Shown here: positions 28,203-35,878 of the stretch, one piece after another | Layout of the letters: each line of letters starts with the position of its first letter | Position numbering within the stretch: position 1 is the stretch's first letter | Source of the DNA: Patescibacteria group bacterium | Lineage (GTDB): Bacteria > Patescibacteriota > Patescibacteriia > Patescibacteriales > JBAZCA01 | Reading direction: 5' to 3' | Assembly (NCBI GenBank): GCA_041671125.1 | Contig: JBAZCA010000001.1 | Coordinates: 200,120 to 264,119 of the forward strand | Length of the DNA stretch: 64,000 nucleotides | Made by a program: the position numbers and the translations under genes | Notes under the pieces: generated by a model | Seen by the model: the letters and a program-made list of their open reading frames with translations, nothing else | What the model was told of the DNA's origin: nothing | The model's database searches: none

Positions 28203-28231
28203 ATTATAACAAAATTTTTCCAATGCCGCAA
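28203..28231 (-). promoter_or_regulatory. Candidate promoter of the giant-gene operon
   Basis: The minus strand reads TTGCGG, the 17-nt spacer cattggaaaaattttgt, then TATAAT. This is an extended -10 (TGtTATAAT) about 115 nt upstream of the ATG at 28088. Confidence 0.55.
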
Positions 28232-28243
28232 TTAATTAATTTG

Positions 28244-28340
28244 CGTGTGAGCAAATTATCCCGAGCCTGAAAGCGAGGGATCTCTCGTGTGAGCAAATTA
28301 TCCCGAGCCTGAAAGCGAGGGATCTCTCGTGTGAGCAAAA
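28244..28340. repeat. 2.3 tandem copies of a 42-bp unit immediately upstream of the candidate promoter
   Basis: The unit CGTGTGAGCAAATTATCCCGAGCCTGAAAGCGAGGGATCTCT occurs at 28244-28285 and is identical at 28286-28327. A partial unit CGTGTGAGCAAA sits at 28328-28339. Each unit holds an imperfect palindrome, ATCCC..GC-CTGAAA-GC..GGGAT. Confidence 0.9.
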
Positions 28341-28348
28341 CTACCAAA

Positions 28349-28369
28349 AAACCCTCTTGGCGAGGGTTT
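28349..28369 (-). terminator. Rho-independent terminator
   Basis: The minus strand reads AACCCTC-GCCAA-GAGGGTT followed by TTTTGG. Confidence 0.7.
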
Positions 28370-28385
28370 AAAAAAGATAGGTAAA

Positions 28386-28404
28386 GACGCCCCGCCGGGG
28401 CGTC
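28386..28404 (-). terminator. GC-rich hairpin directly after the stop of the O-antigen-ligase-like gene
   Basis: GACGCCCC-GCC-GGGGCGTC. On the minus strand it is followed by TTTACCTATCTTTTTT. Confidence 0.6.
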
Positions 28405-28406
28405 TC

Positions 28407-29900
28407 TCAATCTTCCAATTTCAGCCGCAAAACCAGGGCCGGTATTAAGAAAGATAACAATACGCCAAAATGGAGGCTCATCCAAAAATGGTCAAAGACC
28501 ATCATAACAGCCAGCGATGCCATAATTGCCGTGCCAAATACGGCCGCATTCTTGCCTTTACCTAAACATGTGTCATTCCCTTCCAATTCAACCGACCGCG
28601 AAGCAGGGACGAGCGCAAACAGGCTATAAAATACAGCCAGCAAAAACCCGATAAAAGCTGTTAATCCGAAGAGTCCAGTCTCAGCGAAGACAAGCAAAAA
28701 CGCATTGTGGACCGGCTGAAAATCCCAGGCATAAAGATTGACGATTGACCCGCCCGAAACGCTGCGCGTATCGCTGCGGGCGGGCGATTGACGATTGACG
28801 ATTTCTGATCTTTGACTCCTTAGTTGTGCCAGACTGTAATTCCCTATTCCAACACCAGTAAGCGGAGATGATTTTATAATCTCCCAAGCCTCTTTTGAAG
28901 AACTTATTCTTTCGGTAATTGATCGGTTTTCCAGCCTGCCCTCGCCCTTAATCCTGACGACAACAAGATCGTCGTAAAGGCCGAAAAAAGCGAAAAAAAC
29001 CAAACCAAGAATAAGAATTGTCTCAAGCATAGCTTTGCGGGCTAATAGATTTTTTCGGAGCAAAACGCCGGTAAAAATTATCACGTATCCGACCGTAAAT
29101 CCGAGCCAGGCGCTTCTTGAAAATGAAGCCAGCATGGCGATAAAACAAAGCGTTAAAACGGCAATGGATATGCGTTTTTCAATCCCTTGCTTCAACCGCC
29201 GACTAAGCAAGAAATAAAGGCAAAAAAGGCCTGCTCCGGCCATGGCCGCGCCTAAAATATTCGGGTGTGGCAGGGCTCCGTAAGCCCTGAGCCAGCGCTC
29301 AGGCAACTCTCCGGGATTAGAGACTTCAATGACTGATACGCCAAGCTCTTCCGCTTTATGCAAAGCCATGCCAAACCATTTTGAAGAAAAATCAGACTGG
29401 CTAAAAAACTGCCAGACAGCGATACCGGCCTGGACTGACAATCCAAGGCCGAGAAAGAAGAAAAGTTTCAGAATATTATAGTTTGAAAAGACGACTAAAA
29501 AAAACAGAAAAACACCCTCAAAAATCCAGCCGAGCCTATAGACCGCCAGTATCCTGTCCTCCGCCCCGATAACCGACAACGCGGAAACGACTATAAAAAG
29601 TAAGCCCAAAATCAGTGGGGAGTAAAACTTTAAATTTCTATTTGTAATTTTTAATTTTAAATTTTTAATTTTAAATTTTGCGAATAACAAAAAAGCTTGG
29701 ACGAGCAGTAGAAAAATAAACACAAAATCAATAGCGTATAACGAGATTGTTCCGTATTCAAAATATCCGCCAGCCAACTCTCCCGGAGTAATAATTAACC
29801 GGGTTTGAAATGAGACGAGGAGTGCCAGTAAATACAGGGCTAAACTCGAAAGCTTAGTCCATTTTAGACGAAAAATGTTTAATTCTGGCATAATAATCAA
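28407..29900 (-). CDS. O-antigen ligase / polymerase family (Wzy_C-like) polytopic membrane protein
   Basis: Many TM helices, with the motifs ..SFSRSAWLGFTVGYVI.. and ..HNAFLLVFAETGLFGL.. typical of the family. Confidence 0.7.
   Translation of the reverse strand: MIIMPELNIFRLKWTKLSSLALYLLALLVSFQTRLIITPGELAGGYFEYGTISLYAIDFVFIFLLLVQAFLLFAKFKIKNLKLKITNRNLKFYSPLILGLLFIVVSALSVIGAEDRILAVYRLGWIFEGVFLFFLVVFSNYNILKLFFFLGLGLSVQAGIAVWQFFSQSDFSSKWFGMALHKAEELGVSVIEVSNPGELPERWLRAYGALPHPNILGAAMAGAGLFCLYFLLSRRLKQGIEKRISIAVLTLCFIAMLASFSRSAWLGFTVGYVIIFTGVLLRKNLLARKAMLETILILGLVFFAFFGLYDDLVVVRIKGEGRLENRSITERISSSKEAWEIIKSSPLTGVGIGNYSLAQLRSQRSEIVNRQSPARSDTRSVSGGSIVNLYAWDFQPVHNAFLLVFAETGLFGLTAFIGFLLAVFYSLFALVPASRSVELEGNDTCLGKGKNAAVFGTAIMASLAVMMVFDHFWMSLHFGVLLSFLIPALVLRLKLED
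28736..28806. repeat. Composite element inside the CDS: heptamer direct repeats flanking a GC hairpin
   Basis: (GATTGAC)x2 - CCCGCCCG...CGGGCGGG - (GATTGAC)x2 GATTTCT. It encodes ..IVNRQSPARSDTRSVSGGSIVN.. Confidence 0.8.
29628..29682. repeat. AT-rich period-7 element in frame in the ligase-like gene (encodes KFKIKNLKLKITNRNLK)
   Basis: The coding-strand 50-mer AAAATTTAAAATTAAAAATTTAAAATTAAAAATTACAAATAGAAATTTAAA matches 46/50 with the element at 56104-56163. Confidence 0.85.
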
Positions 29901-29954
29901 TTTATTATTATCATCCTATTATCAAATATATTGGAATTTAGAAACACATTTTTT

Positions 29955-29987
29955 CTCCCCCTTAGTAAGGGGGAGGCTAGGAGGGGG
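29955..29987. repeat. C5/G5 hairpin element in the intergenic spacer
   Basis: CTCCCCCTTA-G-TAAGGGGGAG plus a second G-arm GAGGGGGT, preceded by T6. Confidence 0.7.
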
Positions 29988-30000
29988 TAAGTTATACATT

Positions 30001-31002
30001 TCATTTTTCCATCCCTGATAGAACTTGCCGGGTTCTTTTTTTCCATTCCGCGCGATACATTTTTCTCCGATCATTAACGTGAAGTTTGATAATGCCTTTA
30101 TCAACGAACACATCGGTCCCCTGGTTAAGTTTTTCTCTTATTGCCGGAGGAAATATCTTAAGCTGAAAATTCATTATCAGCGGTTCCAGCCATCCGGCCA
30201 GCGGCTCAATGACTTCCCCGGTCATAGCGGCTAAAATAGAGCGCTCAACCCTGACTTCCCCGGCCGGCGAAACGGGTTCGCAATTAGGCAGAATTTCCTT
30301 TAACCAGCCGTTGGCCTCGCATAGCTTCCGGAAAATATCCCCTCTTTCATAAAGAGGCGTGAATCCGGCGAGCCAATAATAAAAACAAATATCCTCCTGG
30401 CCGGACAAAAATTCCAGCCCCAGCCGGTCTTCGGAAATAAAAAAACTCAGACAAATCCTGTCCTTGGTTTTCCCTTTAGTCGGCCGAAGGCCGAGCATTG
30501 CCATCAGGCCGGCGCAAAAAAACCTTGTGATCCAAATTCTGTTTTTAGAGGTTACTATGATAAAATCAATATCGCTTTCTTTTTTAAAATTCCGCGATCC
30601 CATAACATTGCCCAAGGCGATCATTTTTATCCAGGGCAGGGCGGAGAAAAGCCTGATAATTTTTTTCGCCCGGCTGATTTTTCGGCCTGAACGGTTAAAG
30701 CGCCGAAGCCTTTCCGCAATAATACTTTCCCTTCCCTCTAAGAAATAGAAACCGTTCTTCCGGCCAAAAATGTTTTCACGCAATAGCTCTTCTAAAAGAG
30801 AATCAATATTCGTAATTCGTAATTCGTAATTCGTAATTTTATTGACAGTCGATGACCCGGCTAATCCGCAATCAACCTGAGGCAAATATAAATATCTGTG
30901 AACCTCAAAAAGAGTCAGGGGATAATCAAACAAGTCAAAAAAAGCAACCGTTTTTATGATTGCCTCCTTAATACCATTTTTTCCGTTCTTAACATCGCCC
31001 AT
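30001..31002 (-). CDS. Hypothetical protein with a Pol-beta-type nucleotidyltransferase-like motif
   Basis: ..GNVMGSRNFKKESDIDFIIV.. (G-S ... D-I-D). The N-terminus ..AFFDLFDYPLTLFEVHRYL.. was not recognised as a named family. Confidence 0.4.
   Translation of the reverse strand: MGDVKNGKNGIKEAIIKTVAFFDLFDYPLTLFEVHRYLYLPQVDCGLAGSSTVNKITNYELRITNIDSLLEELLRENIFGRKNGFYFLEGRESIIAERLRRFNRSGRKISRAKKIIRLFSALPWIKMIALGNVMGSRNFKKESDIDFIIVTSKNRIWITRFFCAGLMAMLGLRPTKGKTKDRICLSFFISEDRLGLEFLSGQEDICFYYWLAGFTPLYERGDIFRKLCEANGWLKEILPNCEPVSPAGEVRVERSILAAMTGEVIEPLAGWLEPLIMNFQLKIFPPAIREKLNQGTDVFVDKGIIKLHVNDRRKMYRAEWKKRTRQVLSGMEK
30811..30838. repeat. (CGTAATT)x4 heptanucleotide tract inside the CDS
   Basis: Four exact units at 30811, 30818, 30825 and 30832. 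They encode ..KITNYELRITN.. Confidence 0.95.
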
Positions 31003-31025
31003 CAGTATAATTTAATTTATTTAAA

Positions 31026-32177
31026 CTACTCAATCGCCGGCTTGTCAATCAGCACTACTTCCACGCTTGCCTCTCCTCCGGTTACGCGAACCACGTCCTT
31101 ATCAATCTTCTTAAACTCCTTATAGGCGTTATTGTAATGGCTCACGGTAGTGGACATACTCGTTCCGAGCTTTCTCATAAATTCATCATAACCGGCGATA
31201 TGCCGCCCGAGCTTTTCAATATTCGTTCTGATAGTCTTTGCCGATTCCTCAATCTGCATGGCCCGGAGCCCGTAAAGGACTGTTTGGAGGTAAGCGAGAA
31301 ACGAAGTCGGGGAAACTATAATTACTTTCTTGTCGCAAAAAGCATACTCTATTAAATCGCGGGTGTTAATCTGGACCGCTCCGACTTTATTGACCAATAA
31401 GTCATAATAAATCGCTTCCGAAGGGATGAACATAAAAGCAAAATCAAGCGTCCCCTCCCCCGGCTTAATATATTTCGCGGTCTCGTCTATCCTCGCCTTA
31501 AGATCCTGCTTAAAAGCCTTTTGGAATTTTTCTTTTTCTTTGGCGTCGCCCGAGCTTAATATCTTTTCATAATTTTCCAAAGAAAATTTTGAGTCAACCG
31601 GCACGATCTTTTCTTTAACGAACACTACGGCGTCCACGATGGAACCATCCTTAAAAGCGTATTGCATCTGGTAAGAATTGGGCGGCAAAACATTTTTTAA
31701 AGTCTCTTCAAGAAAAAATTCGCCTAAAACTCCCCGCTGTTTCGGGTTCCTGAAAATATCCTGAAGGTTCTGCAGTTGGGCGGAAAAGTCAACCACCTGC
31801 TTATTAGTCTCGTCCAGCTTAGTCAGTTTTTCGGTCACGTCGGATATGAGCTTTGCCGAATTGCTGGCGATAGCGTGAGCCGTCCGCATGGTCTGCCCCA
31901 GCTGATCCTGGGTTGTCCTGAATTGTTCTTCGGTCGTCCGGTGCGTCTCGGAAAGCTTAAAGTCCATGGACTGCCGCAATTCCTTATTCTGCTCGTTTAA
32001 ATTAGCAAGCCTTTCCATCATGGCGGCGAACTTCTCTTCCCCTCCGCCGTCCTTTTTCTTAAGCAAAAGAAAAAATACCCCGATTATGCCGATGATTATG
32101 AATCCCAATAAAATAGCCAAGAGAACTTCCATATTTTGATTACCTATATAAAGTAAAAACTGACGCATATCCAGCAT
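31026..32177 (-). CDS. rmuC: DNA recombination protein RmuC
   Basis: N-terminal TM helix, a coiled coil, then ..NPKQRGVLGEFFLEETLKNVLP...VDAVVF...PVDSKFSLENY.. The start could instead be the internal Met at 32132. Confidence 0.85.
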   Translation of the reverse strand: MLDMRQFLLYIGNQNMEVLLAILLGFIIIGIIGVFFLLLKKKDGGGEEKFAAMMERLANLNEQNKELRQSMDFKLSETHRTTEEQFRTTQDQLGQTMRTAHAIASNSAKLISDVTEKLTKLDETNKQVVDFSAQLQNLQDIFRNPKQRGVLGEFFLEETLKNVLPPNSYQMQYAFKDGSIVDAVVFVKEKIVPVDSKFSLENYEKILSSGDAKEKEKFQKAFKQDLKARIDETAKYIKPGEGTLDFAFMFIPSEAIYYDLLVNKVGAVQINTRDLIEYAFCDKKVIIVSPTSFLAYLQTVLYGLRAMQIEESAKTIRTNIEKLGRHIAGYDEFMRKLGTSMSTTVSHYNNAYKEFKKIDKDVVRVTGGEASVEVVLIDKPAIE

Positions 32178-32235
32178 ATCACAGTCTTTCCGGCGCCCGC
32201 AAGCCCTCGTTCCCTAAAAAATTCACGGGCAAGCC

Positions 32236-32264
32236 TTGCCAGGGTCATGGATTTAAGTTATAAT
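32236..32264 (+). promoter_or_regulatory. Candidate sigma-70 promoter of uvrA
   Basis: TTGCCA, the 17-nt spacer gggtcatggatttaagt, then TATAAT, 44 nt upstream of the ATG at 32309. Confidence 0.6.
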
Positions 32265-32308
32265 AATTTCTATTAATTTAACATCCCTTTACCGCTCAAT
32301 TTCTCTCC

Positions 32309-35236
32309 ATGAAAAATTCCATTATCATCAAAGGTGCGCGGGTGCACAACCTGAAAAACGTTTCACTGGAAATTCCCCGCGACAAACTCATAGTCATCAC
32401 CGGACTTTCCGGCTCGGGAAAATCATCCCTGGCTTTTGACACGATTTACGCCGAAGGCCAGCGCCGCTACGTTGAATCGCTTTCGGCCTACGCCCGCCAA
32501 TTTATCGGCCTTATGGATAAGCCGGACGTTGACCTGATAGAAGGGCTTTCCCCGGCCATCTCTATTGACCAAAAGTCCACCTCTCATAATCCCCGTTCTA
32601 CGGTCGGCACGGTTACGGAAATTTACGATTACTTAAGGCTGCTTTTCGCCCGCGTCGGCGATCCGCATTGCCCGAAGTGCGGACGAAAAATCAGCACCTA
32701 CTCCATAGACGAAATTACCGGCAACATCCTGAAAAATTATTCCGGCCGGGATATATATGTATTGGCGCCGATTATTAAAGATAAAAAAGGCGAACATAAA
32801 AATATTCTCCCCAACCTGCGCAAAGCCGGTTTTAACCGGGTGCGTTTTGACGGGAATATTATGAGCCTGGAACAGGCCGAAGACCAAAACGTGGATAAAA
32901 ACAAAAGGCACGCGGTTGAAATTATTATTGATCGGCTTTCGGTTTCAGCGGATAAGGATGACCAGGCGAGATTATCCGAATCCGTGGAAAAAGCCCTGGA
33001 TCTCGCCAACGGATTGGTTACGATAGCCTGCCTGCCCCCTCCCCATGAGCGGAGTGATGGGGGGAGGGTTGGGGAGGGGGTTTTTGGGAAAAAAACCGGG
33101 GGTGAGGGTCAACCGGACAAAGTCGGCGAGCGCGTCTATTCCCGGCTTTTCGCCTGCCCGGATTGCGGTATAAGCCTCCCGGAAATTGAACCCCGCCTTT
33201 TTTCTTTTAACAATCCCTACGGCGCCTGCCCGGATTGCTCGGGACTCGGCACAAAACTGGAAGTGGATCCCGATCTGGTATTAAATCAAAACCTGACAAT
33301 AGCCCAGGGCGCCATCCGCCCCTGGTCGCACGGAACAACCGGATCCCAATCCTGGCTGTTGCGGATTCTTGGCACGGTAGCGGAAAAAAACGGCTTTGAC
33401 CTGAATACGCCGATTCATAAACTAAGTCCTAAACAGCTCCATATCGTCCTTTATGGCACCGGAGAAAAAAATTATAATGTTGACTACCAAAGCGATCGCT
33501 TTTCCGGCCAACTGACGACCGAATTTGAAGGCGTAATTCCCAATATTGAAAGGCGGTATAAGCAAACCGAATCGGATTTCATCAGAAAAGAAATTGAAGG
33601 CTTTATGCGAGTCCTTAACTGCCCGGCTTGTGAAGGAAAACGGCTAAAAAAAGAAGTTCTCTTTGTCCTTGTAGAAGGCCGTTCAATCCATGATATCGCC
33701 TCCTTATCCATTGAAGAGGCGTCCAAATTTTTTGAACAGCTGGAAAAAAGCAAAAACCAGAGCGCTAAAAACAAAAAAATCGCCAGCCAGGTAATAAAAG
33801 AAATTAAATCGCGGCTCCAATTCCTTTTGAATGTCGGCCTGAATTATCTTACCTTAAGCCGGGCGGCTAACACCCTTTCCGGCGGCGAAGCCCAGCGCAT
33901 CCGCCTCGCCACCCAAATCGGTTCAAAGCTGGTCGGCGTCCTTTACATTTTAGACGAACCGTCCATCGGCCTCCACCAACGGGATAACGCCAAGCTGATA
34001 AACACACTGAAAAACCTCCGGGACATCGGCAACACGGTCATTATCGTTGAGCATGATAGGGAAACGATTGAAACCGCCGATTTTATCGTTGACGTCGGCC
34101 CCGGCGCCGGCGAACACGGTGGCCGGATAGTGGCGTCCGGCACTTTTAACCAAATCCTTAAATCCGCTAACTCCATCACCGGCAATTATCTTTCAGGTAA
34201 AAAAACCATCCCAGCGCCGAAAAAATTTCGGACCGGATCGGGTCAAGCGTTAAAAATAATCGGCGCGGCCGAAAATAACCTAAAAAATATTGACGTGGAA
34301 ATTCCTTTGGGAAAATTCACGGCCATCACCGGCGTATCCGGCTCGGGAAAATCAACACTCTTGGATGATATCCTTTCCCGCGCCCTGGCCGCTAAATTTT
34401 ACCGGGCAAAGACCGCTCCCGGAAAACACGTCCGGATTGAAGGGACCGGCTTTATCAATAAGGTGATAAATATTGACCAGTCCCCTATCGGCCGGACGCC
34501 GCGCTCCAATCCGGCTACCTACACCGGCTGTTTTACCCCCATCCGCGAACTCTATGCTTCCCTGCCCGAAGCGAAAATCCGGGGCTATAAAGCCGGCCGC
34601 TTTTCCTTTAACGTTACCGGCGGACGGTGCGAAGCCTGCTCCGGCGACGGTCTGATTAAGATTGAAATGCAATTCCTGCCCGACGTTTACGTTGAATGCG
34701 AAGTCTGCCGCGGCACCCGGTACAATAAAGAAGCGCTGGAAATCCATTACAAGGAAAAAAATATTTCCGATGTCCTTAGAATGACGGTTGAAGAAGCTTC
34801 CGTATTCTTTAGAAATATTCCGAATGTAAACCAGAAACTCCAAACCCTGCTTGAAGTCGGCCTCGGCTATGTCCGGCTCGGCCAGTCGGCGACGACGCTT
34901 TCCGGCGGAGAAGCCCAGCGGGTAAAACTCTCAACCGAACTTTCCCGGCGCGATACCGGCCAGACGCTCTACATCCTTGACGAGCCGACTACCGGACTCC
35001 ATTTTGACGACATAAAAAGACTGCTCGGCGTCTTGCAAAAGCTGGTGGATAAAGGCAACACGGTTTTAATTATTGAGCACAACCTGGACGTAATCAAATC
35101 CGTTGACTGGATAATTGACCTCGGCCCCGAAGGCGGTGATAAGGGCGGGGAGATAATCGCCCAGGGCACGCCGCGCGACGTCGCCAAAGTAAAAAAGAGT
35201 TATACCGGACAATACCTAAAAAAATTACTAAATTAA
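32309..35236 (+). CDS. uvrA: Excinuclease ABC subunit A
   Basis: Two ABC ATPase modules ([12 protein letters not shown] and [11 protein letters not shown], each with LSGGEAQR), zinc modules CPxC and the conserved ..[20 protein letters not shown].. Confidence 0.97.
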   Translation: MKNSIIIKGARVHNLKNVSLEIPRDKLIVITGLSGSGKSSLAFDTIYAEGQRRYVESLSAYARQFIGLMDKPDVDLIEGLSPAISIDQKSTSHNPRSTVGTVTEIYDYLRLLFARVGDPHCPKCGRKISTYSIDEITGNILKNYSGRDIYVLAPIIKDKKGEHKNILPNLRKAGFNRVRFDGNIMSLEQAEDQNVDKNKRHAVEIIIDRLSVSADKDDQARLSESVEKALDLANGLVTIACLPPPHERSDGGRVGEGVFGKKTGGEGQPDKVGERVYSRLFACPDCGISLPEIEPRLFSFNNPYGACPDCSGLGTKLEVDPDLVLNQNLTIAQGAIRPWSHGTTGSQSWLLRILGTVAEKNGFDLNTPIHKLSPKQLHIVLYGTGEKNYNVDYQSDRFSGQLTTEFEGVIPNIERRYKQTESDFIRKEIEGFMRVLNCPACEGKRLKKEVLFVLVEGRSIHDIASLSIEEASKFFEQLEKSKNQSAKNKKIASQVIKEIKSRLQFLLNVGLNYLTLSRAANTLSGGEAQRIRLATQIGSKLVGVLYILDEPSIGLHQRDNAKLINTLKNLRDIGNTVIIVEHDRETIETADFIVDVGPGAGEHGGRIVASGTFNQILKSANSITGNYLSGKKTIPAPKKFRTGSGQALKIIGAAENNLKNIDVEIPLGKFTAITGVSGSGKSTLLDDILSRALAAKFYRAKTAPGKHVRIEGTGFINKVINIDQSPIGRTPRSNPATYTGCFTPIRELYASLPEAKIRGYKAGRFSFNVTGGRCEACSGDGLIKIEMQFLPDVYVECEVCRGTRYNKEALEIHYKEKNISDVLRMTVEEASVFFRNIPNVNQKLQTLLEVGLGYVRLGQSATTLSGGEAQRVKLSTELSRRDTGQTLYILDEPTTGLHFDDIKRLLGVLQKLVDKGNTVLIIEHNLDVIKSVDWIIDLGPEGGDKGGEIIAQGTPRDVAKVKKSYTGQYLKKLLN
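33035..33085. repeat. C5/G5 hairpin plus T5 element embedded in frame in uvrA
   Basis: CCCCCTCCCCA-tgagcggagtga-TGGGGGGAGGG-TTGGGGAGGGGG-TTTTT. It encodes ..[19 protein letters not shown].. Confidence 0.75.
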
Positions 35237-35293
35237 AAATTACGAATTATAAATTTAAAATTTTTAATTCGTAATTCGTAATTTTTAATTCTT
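35232..35293. terminator. AT-rich inverted-repeat / period-7 element between convergent uvrA and the phosphoesterase gene (possible bidirectional terminator)
   Basis: AAAAATTACGAATT ... AATTCGTAATTCGTAATTTTT, with AATTCGT units at 35266 and 35273. Confidence 0.45.
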
Positions 35294-35317
35294 GCTTATT
35301 CCATCGTTTTATCTTAT

Positions 35318-35878
35318 CTAACCCTCTAATAATTCCAACAGCATTAATTCAATTCCGCCTGTCTCACTATCCCAAACCGCGAAAGTGGCTTTCTGAAAAA
35401 CCCCGCCCAAGGTACCAGGATTGGCGGCGGTAATGCCTTTAATTTTCTCTAGCCACGGCTTATGGGTATGGCCGTAAAAAATAATGTCGCAACCAGCCGA
35501 TCCGGCTGATTTTTTACCGGCTGAGTGTTTCTCGCGACACAAAGCCAGGACATTTTTTATAAAAGCGGGTTCGTGGCAGAGCCCGATTTTTTTTTCACCG
35601 ATTTCGGTTACTCCATAGCGCCCAAGATACTTGATATTAGAATATTTTTTAACTTCCGTCTCTTCATATATTTCCATGTTCCCTCTTACGAGATGAATAA
35701 CGCCAACCTGCCCAGCGGGGAAACGAAAAAAATTTTTTCCCAAATACTCCAAAGTTTCGGCGTTGGTTACGTCGCCGCAACAAACCGCTTCCTGAATATC
35801 ATTAGCGCCCGCCCAGTTAAGAAATTTTTTTAGATTTATCAGGTTATCGTGGATGTCGGATATAACGGCGATTTTCAT
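35318..35878 (-). CDS. Metallophosphoesterase (YfcE/MJ0936-like)
   Basis: MKIAVISDIHDN.., ..CCGDV.., ..GNME.., ..GHTH.. The ATG at 35878 overlaps the upstream stop as ATGA. Confidence 0.8.
   Translation of the reverse strand: MKIAVISDIHDNLINLKKFLNWAGANDIQEAVCCGDVTNAETLEYLGKNFFRFPAGQVGVIHLVRGNMEIYEETEVKKYSNIKYLGRYGVTEIGEKKIGLCHEPAFIKNVLALCREKHSAGKKSAGSAGCDIIFYGHTHKPWLEKIKGITAANPGTLGGVFQKATFAVWDSETGGIELMLLELLEG

Noticed and set aside
28246-28262. Resemblance of TGTGAGCAAATTATC to the lac operator half-site TGTGAGCGGATAACA
   Set aside because: The similarity is short and partial, no LacI-family gene is in the window, and it is easily explained by chance.
28244-28340. Possible CRISPR array
   Set aside because: The 42-bp units are directly adjacent with no spacers, there are only 2.3 copies, and no cas genes are present. 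This is a tandem repeat, not a CRISPR.
28204-28485. A 93-aa minus-strand ORF spanning the 42-bp repeats
   Set aside because: Its sequence (..LLTREIPRFQARDNLLTREIPRFQARDN..) is simply the translated tandem repeat. It also overlaps two terminator hairpins and the 3-prime end of the upstream gene.
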